Shown here one piece after another: positions 46,062 through 57,113 of a DNA stretch of 64,000 bases. The stretch lies in the NCBI GenBank assembly GCA_024434115.1, contig QMIT01000009.1, forward strand, positions 150,165 through 214,164, in the 5' to 3' direction. The stretch's first letter is position 1; the number at the start of each line of letters is the position of its first letter. Position numbers and translations under genes: made by a program. The notes under the pieces were generated by a model. It was not told the DNA's origin. It saw only the letters and a list, made by a program, of their open reading frames with translations, and did no database searches. The stretch comes from Chloroflexota bacterium. GTDB lineage: Bacteria; Chloroflexota; Anaerolineae; Aggregatilineales; J027.

Positions 46062-47072
46062 ATGGCAACTATTTATTATGATAAAGACGCCGATCTGAAA
46101 CGGTTGGAAGGCAAAACCGTCGCAATTATTGGCTATGGCAGTCAGGGTCATGCCCATGCCCTCAATCTGCGAGATAGCGGAGTCAAGGTGGTGGTGGGTC
46201 TGCATGAAAGCAGCAAAAGCCGCACCAAAGCCCAAGCGGATGGTTTGACCGTACTCAGTGTCGCCGAAGCCGCTAAACAGGGCGATGTTGTAATGATCCT
46301 CACCCCCGACACCCTTCAGGCCGATGTTTATCACAAGGAAGTCGAGCCGAATCTGCAACCCGGCAATACCTTGATGTTCGCGCATGGCTTTAATATCCGC
46401 TATGGACAAATCAAGCCCCCGGCGGGTGTGGATGTCAGCATGGTCGCGCCCAAAGCCCCCGGCCATCGTGTGCGGGAGGTCTATACCGAAGGCGGCGGCA
46501 CCCCCGGTTTGGTGGCGGTTGAACAAGATGCCAGCGGGGAAGCCCTCGCCAATGCGTTGGCCTATGCCAGAGGGATTGGTTGTACGCGGGCCGGAGTTAT
46601 CCAGACCACTTTCACTGAAGAAACCGAAACCGACCTCTTTGGGGAGCAGGTGGTGTTGTGCGGCGGGGTTGCGGGTCTCATCCGCGCCAGCTTTGAGACA
46701 TTAGTAAAGGCGGGCTATCAACCGGAAATCGCCTATTTTGAATGCCTGCATGAACTGAAATTGATCGTAGACCTCATTTATCAAGGCGGTCTGTCCTATA
46801 TGTGGTACAGCGTCAGCGATACCGCTGAATATGGGGGCTATGTCTCTGGCGAACGCATTGTGCCGGACGCCATTCGTGAAGAAATGTCTGGTATTCTGCA
46901 TGAAATCCAAGATGGCACGTTTGCCCAACGCTGGATAAAAGAGAACAAAGATGGTCGTCCGTGGTTCAATGGTCGCCGCAAGGAAGAACATAACCACATG
47001 ATTGAGCAGGTGGGTCAAGAACTACGTGGCATGATGCCGTTTATCAATCCGAAATCCATCAAACAAGAATAA
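46062..47072 (+). CDS. ilvC: Ketol-acid reductoisomerase
   Basis: [49 protein letters not shown]. Confidence 0.98.
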   Translation: MATIYYDKDADLKRLEGKTVAIIGYGSQGHAHALNLRDSGVKVVVGLHESSKSRTKAQADGLTVLSVAEAAKQGDVVMILTPDTLQADVYHKEVEPNLQPGNTLMFAHGFNIRYGQIKPPAGVDVSMVAPKAPGHRVREVYTEGGGTPGLVAVEQDASGEALANALAYARGIGCTRAGVIQTTFTEETETDLFGEQVVLCGGVAGLIRASFETLVKAGYQPEIAYFECLHELKLIVDLIYQGGLSYMWYSVSDTAEYGGYVSGERIVPDAIREEMSGILHEIQDGTFAQRWIKENKDGRPWFNGRRKEEHNHMIEQVGQELRGMMPFINPKSIKQE

Positions 47073-47189
47073 TCCGTCAATAACGAGATGATGAAAGGGG
47101 GTGGTTCTCGATGGCAGAGGATGGCCTTTATGAGCTTAGTGGCTTTGCATGTATTCGCTTAATCAACAGTCAAAAAGGATCACCCGATC

Positions 47190-48812
47190 ATGAGCGCGAA
47201 AGTTATGGATGATAGTGTAGTACGCATTTTTGATACCACCCTGCGCGACGGTGAACAATCGCCGGGGGCCAGCCTGACCAGTGCTGAAAAACTGGAAATC
47301 GCCCGTCAGTTGTCCCGCATGGGGGTAGACATCATTGAGGCGGGGTTTCCAGCCGCCAGCCCTGATGATTTTGAGGCGGTACGGCGTATCGCCCAAGAGG
47401 TCGGTACGGAAGATGGCCCGGTGATTTGTGGCTTGGCCCGTGCGGTGGAAAAAGACATCCGTGCCTGTTATGAAGCTGTGCGTGAGGCGGCCCATCCCCG
47501 TATTCACACCTTTCTGGGGGTCAGCGATATTCACCTGAAATATCAAACCCGCATGACGCAAGCGCAGGCCCTCGACACCGTGCGCGAAATGGTGACACTG
47601 GCCCGTTCCCTGTGTGATGATGTGGAATTTAGTCCGATGGATGCAGGCCGCACCGACCCTGCATTTCTGGTGCAGATTTTGGCTATCGCAGTGGAATGTG
47701 GGGCGACTACGCTCAATATCCCCGACACGGTGGGTTATGTCACACCCGATGAATATGGTGAATTGATTGCGAATCTGATTGCCGAAACGCCGGGAGCCGG
47801 GCCGGGGAGTGGGGTGATTTGGTCAGTCCATTGCCACAATGACTTGGGCCTCGCTACCGCTAATTCACTGGCGGGGGTCATGGGTGGGGCACGCCAAGTC
47901 GAAGTGACCGTCAACGGCATTGGCGAACGCGCAGGCAATACGTCGCTGGAAGAAGTGGTTATGGCGTTGGCGACCCGTCCCCAATTTTATGGCCTGCGTA
48001 CCAACATTGATACCACCCAGATTACCCGCAGCAGCCGCCTTGTCAGCAATTACACCGGAATGCCTGTCCAGCCGAATAAGGCGATTGTCGGCGCGAACGC
48101 TTTTGCCCATGAAGCCGGGATTCACCAAGACGGGGTGTTGAAAGAAAAAAGCACCTATGAAATCATGACCCCCCAATCGGTTGGCCTCCATGCTAGTTCG
48201 TTGGTATTGGGCAAACACAGTGGACGCCACGCCCTCAAGGTGCGCCTGAAGGAATTGGGGTATGAGGTTGAAGGGGATGCCCTGAATCAGATTTTTGCCC
48301 GATTTAAGGCCGTCGCTGATGCCAAGAAAAATGTAACCGATGCCGATCTGGAAGCCCTGATGATTGATGAATTTCAAGGGCCGAAGGAATTCTTCAGGCT
48401 GCTGGATATGCAAGTCTCGTGCGGTACGATGGGAATGCCCACCGCGACGGTCAAAATTCAAATCCCCGGCGGCGAAGAAAAGGTCGAGGCACGGGTCGGG
48501 ACAGGGCCAGTGGATGCCTGCTATCGGGCCATTGATGCGGTTGTCCAATTGAAAAATGTGCTAATTGAATACAGCGTCCACAGCGTTACCGAAGGAATTG
48601 ACGCCCTCGGTGAAGTAACCGTCCGCATTTCACCCGTCCAAAATGGCGACCCTGAGGCTCGCACATTTGGCGGATACGGGGCGGATTCCGACATTATTGT
48701 TGCCAGCGCCAAAGCATATATGGCGGCGCTCAACCGCATGATTGCCGTCCTCGGCACGGGAGATATTCCCGCCGAAGGAGTGGTGGCAGCGGTGAGTGTT
48801 TCAGGCGATTAA
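47190..48812 (+). CDS. leuA: 2-isopropylmalate synthase
   Basis: [50 protein letters not shown]-terminal regulatory domain. Confidence 0.96.
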   Translation: MSAKVMDDSVVRIFDTTLRDGEQSPGASLTSAEKLEIARQLSRMGVDIIEAGFPAASPDDFEAVRRIAQEVGTEDGPVICGLARAVEKDIRACYEAVREAAHPRIHTFLGVSDIHLKYQTRMTQAQALDTVREMVTLARSLCDDVEFSPMDAGRTDPAFLVQILAIAVECGATTLNIPDTVGYVTPDEYGELIANLIAETPGAGPGSGVIWSVHCHNDLGLATANSLAGVMGGARQVEVTVNGIGERAGNTSLEEVVMALATRPQFYGLRTNIDTTQITRSSRLVSNYTGMPVQPNKAIVGANAFAHEAGIHQDGVLKEKSTYEIMTPQSVGLHASSLVLGKHSGRHALKVRLKELGYEVEGDALNQIFARFKAVADAKKNVTDADLEALMIDEFQGPKEFFRLLDMQVSCGTMGMPTATVKIQIPGGEEKVEARVGTGPVDACYRAIDAVVQLKNVLIEYSVHSVTEGIDALGEVTVRISPVQNGDPEARTFGGYGADSDIIVASAKAYMAALNRMIAVLGTGDIPAEGVVAAVSVSGD

Positions 48813-48904
48813 TCTAAGCGATTGAATATCGGGGTGGGTAATCAGCGCCCGCCCCTTGATGATAAGTCATTATTGAATTGATGGTAGTCTCAACAAGGAA
48901 TTGC

Positions 48905-50350
48905 ATGATGCCTAAGACCCTCTTTGAAAAAATCTGGGATGCCCATGTCGTCAGCCACCCTCCCAATTCACCAGCGGTGCTGTACGTTGACCTGCATCTC
49001 ATCCATGAAGTGACCTCCCCGCAGGCGTTTACTGAACTGCGTCAGCGTGGCATCAAGGCCCGTCGTCCCCTTCAGACGATTGCTACGATGGATCACAGCA
49101 CCCCGACGACCCCACGCGGTGCGGATGGCCTGATTCCGGTAACGGATGCGATGGCTGTCACCCAGTTAAAGACGCTAGTAGACAATTGCCATGAACACGG
49201 GATTCCGGTGTTTGAACTGGGCACGGAAAAACAGGGCATTGTGCATATCATCGGGCCAGAACTCGGCCTAACCCAACCGGGTATGACGATTGTCTGCGGC
49301 GACAGCCACACCAGCACACACGGCGCTTTTGGAGCATTGGCCTTTGGTATCGGCACAAGCGAAGTCGCGCACGTCTTGGCGACCCAGACCCTGCTCCAAA
49401 ACAAACCGAGCACCTATGAAATTCGCGTAGATGGGCAATTGCAAGAGGGGGTCACGGCCAAAGATATTATTTTGGCGGTGATTGCCAACATCGGCATCGG
49501 TGGCGGCACAGGCCACGTCTTTGAATATACCGGGAGCGCCATTCGGAGCCTTTCGATGGAAGCACGCATGACCATCTGCAATATGAGCATTGAGGGTGGG
49601 GCGCGGGCTGGTTTGATCGCCCCCGACGAAACGACCTTTCATTACATTCAGGGTCGGCCTCATGCTCCACAAGGCGCGGATTGGGACAAAGCGGTGGCCT
49701 ATTGGCGTACCCTGCCCTCCGATGAAGGCGCGACCTATGACAAGCAGTTGATTTTGGACGCCAATACCCTTGCCCCGATGATTACCTATGGCACCAATCC
49801 CGGCATGGGCATGTCCATCACGGAGCGTGTGCCCGACCCCAAACGCATCAGCGACAATAGCCAGAAAATGGCCCTCGACAAAGCATTGGCCTATATGGAT
49901 TTGCAGCCGGGGCAGCCACTCTTGGGGCATAAGGTAGATGTGGTGTTTATCGGCTCCTGCACCAATTCCCGTATCAGTGATTTGCGCTTGGCGGCCCAGA
50001 TGATTAAAGGGCATCGTGTGGCGGAAGGTGTGCGGGTCTTGGTTGTACCGGGGTCACAGACCGTTAAACGTCAGGCCGAGGCGGAAGGATTGCATAAAGT
50101 CTTTGTGGAAGCCGGGGCAGAATGGCGTGAGGCCGGATGCAGCATGTGTATTGCCATGAACGGCGACCAATTGCAGCCGGGGCAATACGCCGTCAGCACC
50201 AGCAATCGGAATTTTGAGGGACGTCAGGGGCGGGGGGGACGAACCTTCCTTGCCAGTCCATTGACCGCCGTAGCTTCGGCTATCAATGGCGTTGTGACCG
50301 ACCCGCGTACAATGGTTGCCGAACGCGCTTTTGAAGTCACATCGGCGTAG
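48905..50350 (+). CDS. leuC: 3-isopropylmalate dehydratase large subunit
   Basis: [48 protein letters not shown]. Confidence 0.97.
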   Translation: MMPKTLFEKIWDAHVVSHPPNSPAVLYVDLHLIHEVTSPQAFTELRQRGIKARRPLQTIATMDHSTPTTPRGADGLIPVTDAMAVTQLKTLVDNCHEHGIPVFELGTEKQGIVHIIGPELGLTQPGMTIVCGDSHTSTHGAFGALAFGIGTSEVAHVLATQTLLQNKPSTYEIRVDGQLQEGVTAKDIILAVIANIGIGGGTGHVFEYTGSAIRSLSMEARMTICNMSIEGGARAGLIAPDETTFHYIQGRPHAPQGADWDKAVAYWRTLPSDEGATYDKQLILDANTLAPMITYGTNPGMGMSITERVPDPKRISDNSQKMALDKALAYMDLQPGQPLLGHKVDVVFIGSCTNSRISDLRLAAQMIKGHRVAEGVRVLVVPGSQTVKRQAEAEGLHKVFVEAGAEWREAGCSMCIAMNGDQLQPGQYAVSTSNRNFEGRQGRGGRTFLASPLTAVASAINGVVTDPRTMVAERAFEVTSA

Positions 50351-50360
50351 GGATTCACGA

Positions 50361-50975
50361 GTGGAAACAAAAATCTCATTGGTGCGGCATGGACTTGTCC
50401 ATAACCCGCAGGAAATTTTTTATCAGCGGATGCCCCGTTTTCGATTAGCCGACGAGGGCAAGGATCAAGCACGCGCCGCCGCCGAATTACTCAAGGGTGA
50501 AAAAATCGCCAAGATATTTTCTAGCCCGCTGCTACGTGCCCAACAGACCGCCAAAATCATCGCAGGGCCGCATAAGATAAACGTCACGACGACGGCGTTA
50601 TTGAACGAGGTTCACACCCCGTATGAAGGCCATACCTATGCCGATTTGGATGCACGGAAGTGGGATCTGTACAGCGAATCCCACCCGCCCTATGAACAGC
50701 CGCTGCATGTGTGGTCACGAGCGCAAAAATTCATCCGTCGCACGCGCCGCGCCTATCCCGGTCAGCATGTGGTGGCCGTTTCGCATGGCGATGTGATCGC
50801 CTTTACGGTGTTGTGGGCGATGGGGATGCCAGTGGATGTCAAGGTGGCCCGCACCGAACTGCCCAAACTTGACCCGATTGCCAATTACATTGCCCATTGT
50901 TCCATTTCGACGATGACCTTTTTGACCGACGACATGGGCGAAATGCCCCAATTTGAATATCGCAGACCGTATTAG
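50361..50975 (+). CDS. Histidine phosphatase (phosphoglycerate mutase-like) family protein
   Basis: LVRHG, FSSPLLRAQQTA, LNE, VSHGD; GTG at 50361. Confidence 0.9.
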   Translation: METKISLVRHGLVHNPQEIFYQRMPRFRLADEGKDQARAAAELLKGEKIAKIFSSPLLRAQQTAKIIAGPHKINVTTTALLNEVHTPYEGHTYADLDARKWDLYSESHPPYEQPLHVWSRAQKFIRRTRRAYPGQHVVAVSHGDVIAFTVLWAMGMPVDVKVARTELPKLDPIANYIAHCSISTMTFLTDDMGEMPQFEYRRPY

Positions 50976-50978
50976 AAG

Positions 50979-51020
50979 CCCTCACCCCCAACCCCTCTCC
51001 CAAAACTTTGAGAGAGGGGC
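50979..51020 (+). repeat. BoxC/REP-like element, third copy
   Basis: CCCTCACCCCCAACCCCTCTCCCAAAACTTTGAGAGAGGGG, same architecture as the units at 3342-3447. Confidence 0.75.
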
Positions 51021-51055
51021 GCAAAAGGATGAGGCTATTGGAGAGTTGAAATAAC

Positions 51056-51649
51056 ATGGAACCATTGAAACCATTTAGTGCCAGCTTGGTGCCGCTACCC
51101 ATTGAAAATATTGATACCGACCAGATTATCCCGGCGCGTTACCTCAAGGTGACGGATAAAAATTCACTGGCGGAGGGCTGCTTTACCGATTGGCGGCAAG
51201 ACCCCGATTTTGTACTCAATAATCCGCGTTATCAGAGCGGGCATATTTTGGTGGCAGGGCATAACTTTGGCTGCGGCTCTTCCCGTGAACACGCGCCTTG
51301 GGCATTGAAGGCGTATGGCTTTCAGGCTGTCATCAGCACCTATTTTGCCGACATTTTCCGCAATAACTCGCTGAAAAATGGCTTGCTGCCGATTGTCGTA
51401 GACGCGGAAACCCACCAAGCCCTGTTGGATTTGGCGGAAGAAGCCCCGGAAGCCGAAGTGCATATTGACCTCGCCAGCCAGACCGTGACCTTGCCAAATG
51501 GACAAAAAGCCTCCTTCCCGATTGATCCGTTTTCCAAAACGTGCCTATTGGAAGGGATTGATGAACTCGGCTATTTAATGAAGCAGACGCCTGAAATCGA
51601 GGCATTTGAAGCCAGCCACCCAGCGCGAGTGAGAACCGCACAGGTATAA
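51056..51649 (+). CDS. leuD: 3-isopropylmalate dehydratase small subunit
   Basis: [44 protein letters not shown]. Confidence 0.97.
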   Translation: MEPLKPFSASLVPLPIENIDTDQIIPARYLKVTDKNSLAEGCFTDWRQDPDFVLNNPRYQSGHILVAGHNFGCGSSREHAPWALKAYGFQAVISTYFADIFRNNSLKNGLLPIVVDAETHQALLDLAEEAPEAEVHIDLASQTVTLPNGQKASFPIDPFSKTCLLEGIDELGYLMKQTPEIEAFEASHPARVRTAQV

Positions 51650-51653
51650 AACC

Positions 51654-52571
51654 ATGACCGCCACAAGAGAGAGCATCCGCGAGGCATTTATAGCGGAAGG
51701 ATTTTCGCACATCGTTGATGATCTTGAACCCCTGATGAAAGATGCGATTGCGATCATTGGGGAAATCAAGCAGGACGATCATGAGATTCCTGTCGGGGCA
51801 TCCAAATTAGGGGGTGCGCCGGATTTACCGCCGAATGAGCAGTGGCCCTATTGGAAAGTGGGTGAGCCGCTGTCCTTCATTTGCCAACTAAATCTCGCAG
51901 AAGCAACGCAGCACGATGCCCAGAAGGTGCTGCCAACTTCAGGGATGCTCTATTTTTTCTGTGATGTCCGAGATAATCGAGGTGTTCCACCAACTGGTGG
52001 ACTGGACGATAAAGGCCGATGGAAATTCATCTATTGTAATGGCGATTTCTCGGAATTGAGGCATTCACCTTTCCCGCAAGAACTATCGCACAAGGAAATT
52101 TTTGCTCCTTATGCCGTTACATTTCAACAACATGTCACGATTCCCTCATGGCATTCTGATTTGCGTCGGCATTTAGTAGGCACTGTAGAAATATTGGATC
52201 CAGAGGATGTGTTGTTTGAGCATTTAGAGCGGGTATATGACCAAATTGAACCTAATCCCGCGCATCAGTTGCTAGGTCATCCAACTGAGATTCAACCAAC
52301 CGATATGCGGATAATGTGCCAATACGCTTGGGATGGTAAGCGCATTCATGGCTATGAAGGCGACCCTCAATCTAATAAGGAACTTCTGACCCGAACTGAC
52401 GAATGGCGGATGTTATTACAAGTTGATTCCACAAAAGGCTATTCGGGCGAGTTTGGGGTTGAGGGAGGAATGTGTTGGGCGGATGGCGGAATTATTTATC
52501 TTTGGATGCGTGATCAAGATTTGATAGCAGGAAAATTTGAAAATGCTTGGTTGGTTCTTCAAGATACGTAA
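51654..52571 (+). CDS. YwqG/DUF1963 family protein
   Basis: SKLGGAPDLP..WP, LSFICQLNL, GMLYFF, HQLLGHP..IQ, LLQVDS, WADGGIIYLW. Confidence 0.88.
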   Translation: MTATRESIREAFIAEGFSHIVDDLEPLMKDAIAIIGEIKQDDHEIPVGASKLGGAPDLPPNEQWPYWKVGEPLSFICQLNLAEATQHDAQKVLPTSGMLYFFCDVRDNRGVPPTGGLDDKGRWKFIYCNGDFSELRHSPFPQELSHKEIFAPYAVTFQQHVTIPSWHSDLRRHLVGTVEILDPEDVLFEHLERVYDQIEPNPAHQLLGHPTEIQPTDMRIMCQYAWDGKRIHGYEGDPQSNKELLTRTDEWRMLLQVDSTKGYSGEFGVEGGMCWADGGIIYLWMRDQDLIAGKFENAWLVLQDT

Positions 52572-52583
52572 AGGACGCGATCT

Positions 52584-54152
52584 ATGACGCGCATTGATAT
52601 ATATGATACGACACTGCGGGACGGCACACAGGGCGAGGGGATTTCGCTTTCGGTGGATGACAAACTGAAGATTACCGAGATTTTGGATGATCTTGGTGTG
52701 GCCTATATCGAAGGCGGCTGGCCGGGTAGCAATCCCAAAGACGCGGCTTATTTTGAAGCGGTACGGGATGTGAAATTGAATCACGCCAAAGTTGCCGCGT
52801 TTGGCATGACGTGTCGGGTGGGGGGCGATCCGGCGGACGATGCCAATATCCGCGCTTTGCTGGATGCCCAAACCCCTGTCGTCACCGTCGTGGGCAAAAC
52901 TTCCATGCTGCACGTCACTGAAGTCATCTGTACCACCCCTGAAGAAAATCTGCGGATTATCCGTGAAAGTCTGGCTTACCTTAAAACGCAGGGCAAAGAG
53001 GTTATCTACGATGCCGAGCATTTTTTTGATGGCTTCAAACTGGATAACGAATACTCGTTGGATACTTTGCAAGCGGCGGTAGATGGCGGCGCGGATTTGG
53101 TCGTGTTATGTGATACCAACGGCGGCACGATGTATTGGGAATTGGAAGAAATCGTCAAATTTGTCGCCCAAGTCCTGCCAAATGTCCCGCTAGGCATCCA
53201 TACCCATAATGATGGGGAACTCGGTGTTGCCAATTCTCTGGCGGCGGTAAGGGCCGGGGCGGTACATGTGCAAGGCACAATCAATGGCTATGGCGAACGC
53301 TGTGGCAATGCCAATTTGTGCAGCATCATCCCCGACCTTGAAATCAAAATGGGCTTGGAGACCTTGCCCGATGGCAAGATCCGCCGTCTGACACATGTGG
53401 CACGCACGGTAGCCGAAATCGCCAATCAGACCCCCTATGGCAATCGTCCCTATGTGGGCAAAAGTGCCTTCGCGCATAAAGGGGGGATTCATGTCGCGGC
53501 GATGCGGCGGCATGTGGACAGTTATCAACACATTGACCCGACGCTGGTCGGTAACGAAATGCGTTTCCTTGTCTCAGATTTATCGGGGCGGGGCAACATT
53601 TTGGCGCTGGCCGAGGCGTTTAAGCTGGACGCGGAAGACCATATCGCCCGTAAGGTGTTGGATGAAATCAAACATCTGGAGCATCAAGGGTATGCGTTTG
53701 AAGGGGCGGATGCGTCAGTAGCCATGATGCTGCGGCGTGCCCAACCGGATTACAAAGCGCCCTTTGACCTGATTGACTATATGGTTTTGGTCGAGCAACG
53801 GCGAGGGCGTGGTATGGTCACGGAGGCCACCATTAAATTATCAGTAGAAGGCGAAGAATTGTATACCGTCGCCGATGGTAATGGCCCGGTCAATGCGCTG
53901 GATCGTGCTTTGCGAAAAGCCCTGCTGCCCGTCTATCCCCGTCTAGCCGAATTCCATTTGGTAGATTATAAGGTGCGTATTGTGGACAGCGGCTCGGCAA
54001 CGGGGGCAACCACCCGTGTACTGATTGATACGCGCAATGGACATCAGCGGTGGAGTACCGTCGGGGCCAGCACCAATATCATCGCGGCAAGCTGGCGGGC
54101 ATTGGCGGACTCAGTTGAATATGGCCTGTGTTCTGTACCGCATGATGGATAA
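52584..54152 (+). CDS. cimA: Citramalate synthase
   Basis: YDTTLRDGTQGEG, EGGWPGSNPKD, YDAEHFFDG, DTNGG, HTHND, PYVGKSAFAHKGGIH, GYAFEGADAS, DYKVRI, WSTVGAS. Confidence 0.93.
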   Translation: MTRIDIYDTTLRDGTQGEGISLSVDDKLKITEILDDLGVAYIEGGWPGSNPKDAAYFEAVRDVKLNHAKVAAFGMTCRVGGDPADDANIRALLDAQTPVVTVVGKTSMLHVTEVICTTPEENLRIIRESLAYLKTQGKEVIYDAEHFFDGFKLDNEYSLDTLQAAVDGGADLVVLCDTNGGTMYWELEEIVKFVAQVLPNVPLGIHTHNDGELGVANSLAAVRAGAVHVQGTINGYGERCGNANLCSIIPDLEIKMGLETLPDGKIRRLTHVARTVAEIANQTPYGNRPYVGKSAFAHKGGIHVAAMRRHVDSYQHIDPTLVGNEMRFLVSDLSGRGNILALAEAFKLDAEDHIARKVLDEIKHLEHQGYAFEGADASVAMMLRRAQPDYKAPFDLIDYMVLVEQRRGRGMVTEATIKLSVEGEELYTVADGNGPVNALDRALRKALLPVYPRLAEFHLVDYKVRIVDSGSATGATTRVLIDTRNGHQRWSTVGASTNIIAASWRALADSVEYGLCSVPHDG

Positions 54153-54155
54153 CCT

Positions 54156-54566
54156 ATGACCGACTGTATCTTTTGTAAAATTATCGCCAAAGAAGCCGCT
54201 GGCAGTTTTGTGTATGAAGATGAGCAGGTCGTGGCTTTTATGGACATCCGGCAAGCCAATCCCTATAAAGTATTGGTGGTGCCGCGTGCCCATGCCCCGA
54301 TGATTTATGACCTGACCGATGAGCAGGCCGCCGTGATTATGCAGGTTGCCGTAAAGCTATCGCGGGTCATTCGAGAAGTGGCCCAATGCGAGGGCCTATC
54401 GGTGTTTCAATCAAATGGTCGGGTGGCGAATCAAGATGTGTTTCATTTCCATCTCCATTTGCTGCCGCGCCATGAAAATGACAATCATGCCAGCCGCCGT
54501 CATGTGGTTACAGAGCGTGCGACGTTGGATCAATTAGCAGCCGATTTACGCGCTGCCCTTCACTAA
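54156..54566 (+). CDS. HIT-family nucleotide hydrolase
   Basis: DCIFCKII, NQDVFHFHLHLLPR histidine triad. Confidence 0.93.
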   Translation: MTDCIFCKIIAKEAAGSFVYEDEQVVAFMDIRQANPYKVLVVPRAHAPMIYDLTDEQAAVIMQVAVKLSRVIREVAQCEGLSVFQSNGRVANQDVFHFHLHLLPRHENDNHASRRHVVTERATLDQLAADLRAALH

Positions 54567-54582
54567 ATTTTTGGAGAAACTC

Positions 54583-55662
54583 ATGCAAGCTAAAATCGCT
54601 TTACTCCCCGGTGATGGCATCGGGCCGGAGGTGGTACAGGCCGCCGTTCGTGTATTGGAGGCCGTCGCCGCGAAATATGGTCATTCATTTTCCTATCACG
54701 AAGCCTTGTTGGGTATTGCCGCTATCAACAAAACGGGCAGTCCTCTACCCGCCGATACCCTTAAAACCGCTGAACAATGCGCCGCGATTTTGATGGGGGC
54801 GGTGGGTGGCCCCGCTGGCAGCACTCCCCCCGGCGCACCCCGTCCCGAGGAAGGCATTTTGGGCCTGCGGAAACATTTCGGCCTGTTTGCCAATCTGCGT
54901 CCGGTCAAGGCATGGCCCGCGCTGTTGCAATACACACCCTTCAAGCCTGAACTACTCAAAGATGTGGATATTTTGTTCATCCGTGAACTGACGGGTGGCC
55001 TCTATTTTGGGCCGCGCAAGGAATGGCAGGGTGAAATTGTGCTGGATTCCACCGATACGTCCTATGACACAATGGTCTATGCGCCGTATGAAGTGGCCCG
55101 TGCTGCGAAAGTCGCCTTTGATGCGGCCCGCCTGCGCAAAAAGAGAGTTTGCTCGGTAGATAAAGCAAATGTGCTGGCCTCATCCCGTTTGTGGCGGCGC
55201 ACGGTAGAGGTCGTGGCGGAAGATTACCCCGAAATCAGCCTGTCGCATCAATTGGTGGATTCATTTGCCATGCTCTTGATGACCCGCCCCGGTGAATGGG
55301 ATGTGGTCGTCACCGAAAATATGTTTGGCGACATTTTAACGGATCAAGCCAGTGTCTTGGCGGGGTCATTGGGGATGCTGCCCTCGGCCTCACTCAATGA
55401 AAGTTCGTATGGCCTCTATGAACCGATTCATGGCTCGGCGCCGGATATTGCAGGTAAGGGCGTCGCTAACCCCACCGGAACAATCATGAGCGCCGCCCTG
55501 CTGCTGCGTTATAGTTTGCGGCTGGAAAATGAAGCGCAGGCAATTGAAAAAGCAGTAGCCGCTACATTGGACACAGGCGCACGCACCGCCGATATTGCCG
55601 GGGGCGGTTCCTATCTCAGCACCACCGAATTTACCGATACCGTCATTCAACAACTGGCTTAA
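54583..55662 (+). CDS. leuB: 3-isopropylmalate dehydrogenase
   Basis: LPGDGIGPEV, GAVGGP, FANLRP, RELTGGLYFG, VDKANVL, ENMFGDILTD, EPIHGSAPDIAG. Confidence 0.97.
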   Translation: MQAKIALLPGDGIGPEVVQAAVRVLEAVAAKYGHSFSYHEALLGIAAINKTGSPLPADTLKTAEQCAAILMGAVGGPAGSTPPGAPRPEEGILGLRKHFGLFANLRPVKAWPALLQYTPFKPELLKDVDILFIRELTGGLYFGPRKEWQGEIVLDSTDTSYDTMVYAPYEVARAAKVAFDAARLRKKRVCSVDKANVLASSRLWRRTVEVVAEDYPEISLSHQLVDSFAMLLMTRPGEWDVVVTENMFGDILTDQASVLAGSLGMLPSASLNESSYGLYEPIHGSAPDIAGKGVANPTGTIMSAALLLRYSLRLENEAQAIEKAVAATLDTGARTADIAGGGSYLSTTEFTDTVIQQLA

Positions 55663-55674
55663 AACCCCTGAAAT

Positions 55675-55702
55675 TTGACGCCTTGCCTGAATCGCCTATA
55701 CT
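55675..55702 (+). promoter_or_regulatory. Putative sigma70 promoter for the peptidase gene
   Basis: TTGACG - 16 bp - TATACT. Confidence 0.5.
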
Positions 55703-55745
55703 GGCTTTATTTGCCAGAGGGTTGTTCAGGAAGGCGTTTTTTGTG

Positions 55746-57050
55746 ATGCGAAAACAAGCGATTTTTTTGATCTCGGCGGCGCTGTCGCTGATTTTTATGC
55801 TCGGTTTGATCGGCACGGCGCGGTGGCAGGCAACGGCGCAAGATGCCGCAACCGCGACTCCCACCCCGGAAGAGACCCCCAAATATGACGAACCCGCCTA
55901 TGTCGAAGGAGGCGAGGCCGAATGGACTCTGACCGATTCCACCTTTACCAGTCTTTATCCCGATGGGTTTCAATTTGAGGCGTTTGCAAAGAGTAGTGCG
56001 GGGGAAATTGTCTCGGCCAGTATCTATTATTCGCATACCCCGACGTACCCTGAAGATGTGAGGCGACGCGGGGAGGTGGACGCCGAAACGGGCAAGGTAA
56101 CGGTTATTGTGGAAGGTCGTGAGGCTGATGAAATTCCGCCTTGGGTCGCCATCAATTATCGCTGGCGACTACTGGATAGCGCTGGAACGATCTATTGGAG
56201 CGATTGGTTGGTGGGGAACGAGTACAGTGACGATACCCACGAATGGGAACGCGAGGAATCTGAAGACCTGATTATTTTTGTTCAAGAGGGCTTTCCCCAA
56301 AACGCGGTGGATTTGGCATTTGAGGCGATGGCGGAGGCGCGTCCCCTTTATCTTGAGGCGTTTGGACGGCTGCTCTCCTACAAACCCCGGATGATCCTGT
56401 TTGCGGATGAGACCACTTTTGAGGAATGGCGCTCTCAAGAATATGTACTGCGCGGCATTAATTTTATCGGGCAGGCCAGCGGTTATTGGGGGGCGTTTAT
56501 CCAACTCATTTATGGTAATGATATTCAAGATTTCGCTTATGGCACTGTCATTCACGAAATCGCCCATTTGTATCAATATGATTTGTACGAGGGGCGTGCC
56601 CCGGCGTGGTTCATAGAGGGCAATTCGACCTATCTGGAATTAAGCCGTCAATATGATTATGAAGGGCGGGTACGGGATGCCCTGCAATCCACCACGCTTG
56701 ACAGTATATTTGTGGGAGAAGGTGTAGATATTTTTGATGAAGGCCCAGATGGTCGCGGACGCTGGGGCTACGATTTGGGCTATACCTTCAACAAGTGGTT
56801 GGTCGAAAATTATGGTTGGGAAGCCCACCGTGAGTTGATTGCACTGCTGGCCGCACCCGAAAATTTGCCGGGGTATGAAATCACGGATTATTTTAAAACG
56901 TCCTTGGAGCAGGTGCTTGGATTAACCATCACCGAAATTGAGTCGCAGTGGCGTGAATGGCTTGGTATTTCGGGCACGATACCCACACAAATGCCTTCTC
57001 CGACCGTCGAATATCGTTTCCCACCAACTGTTACCCCATTCGGGCAGTAA
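55746..57050 (+). CDS. Secreted peptidase MA-like (gluzincin-type) metalloprotease
   Basis: Signal peptide; VIHEIAH..PAWFIEG; YDLGY. Confidence 0.8.
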   Translation: MRKQAIFLISAALSLIFMLGLIGTARWQATAQDAATATPTPEETPKYDEPAYVEGGEAEWTLTDSTFTSLYPDGFQFEAFAKSSAGEIVSASIYYSHTPTYPEDVRRRGEVDAETGKVTVIVEGREADEIPPWVAINYRWRLLDSAGTIYWSDWLVGNEYSDDTHEWEREESEDLIIFVQEGFPQNAVDLAFEAMAEARPLYLEAFGRLLSYKPRMILFADETTFEEWRSQEYVLRGINFIGQASGYWGAFIQLIYGNDIQDFAYGTVIHEIAHLYQYDLYEGRAPAWFIEGNSTYLELSRQYDYEGRVRDALQSTTLDSIFVGEGVDIFDEGPDGRGRWGYDLGYTFNKWLVENYGWEAHRELIALLAAPENLPGYEITDYFKTSLEQVLGLTITEIESQWREWLGISGTIPTQMPSPTVEYRFPPTVTPFGQ

Positions 57051-57062
57051 TCACGGGTTGGC

Positions 57063-57097
57063 AAATAAAAAGGGGCGACTTCTCATCGCCCCAATTT
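57063..57097. terminator. Bidirectional terminator between the two convergent proteases
   Basis: AATAAAAA-GGGGCGA-cttctca-TCGCCCC-AATTT. Confidence 0.7.
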
Positions 57098-57113
57098 GCT
57101 GATCGTCTACTCG

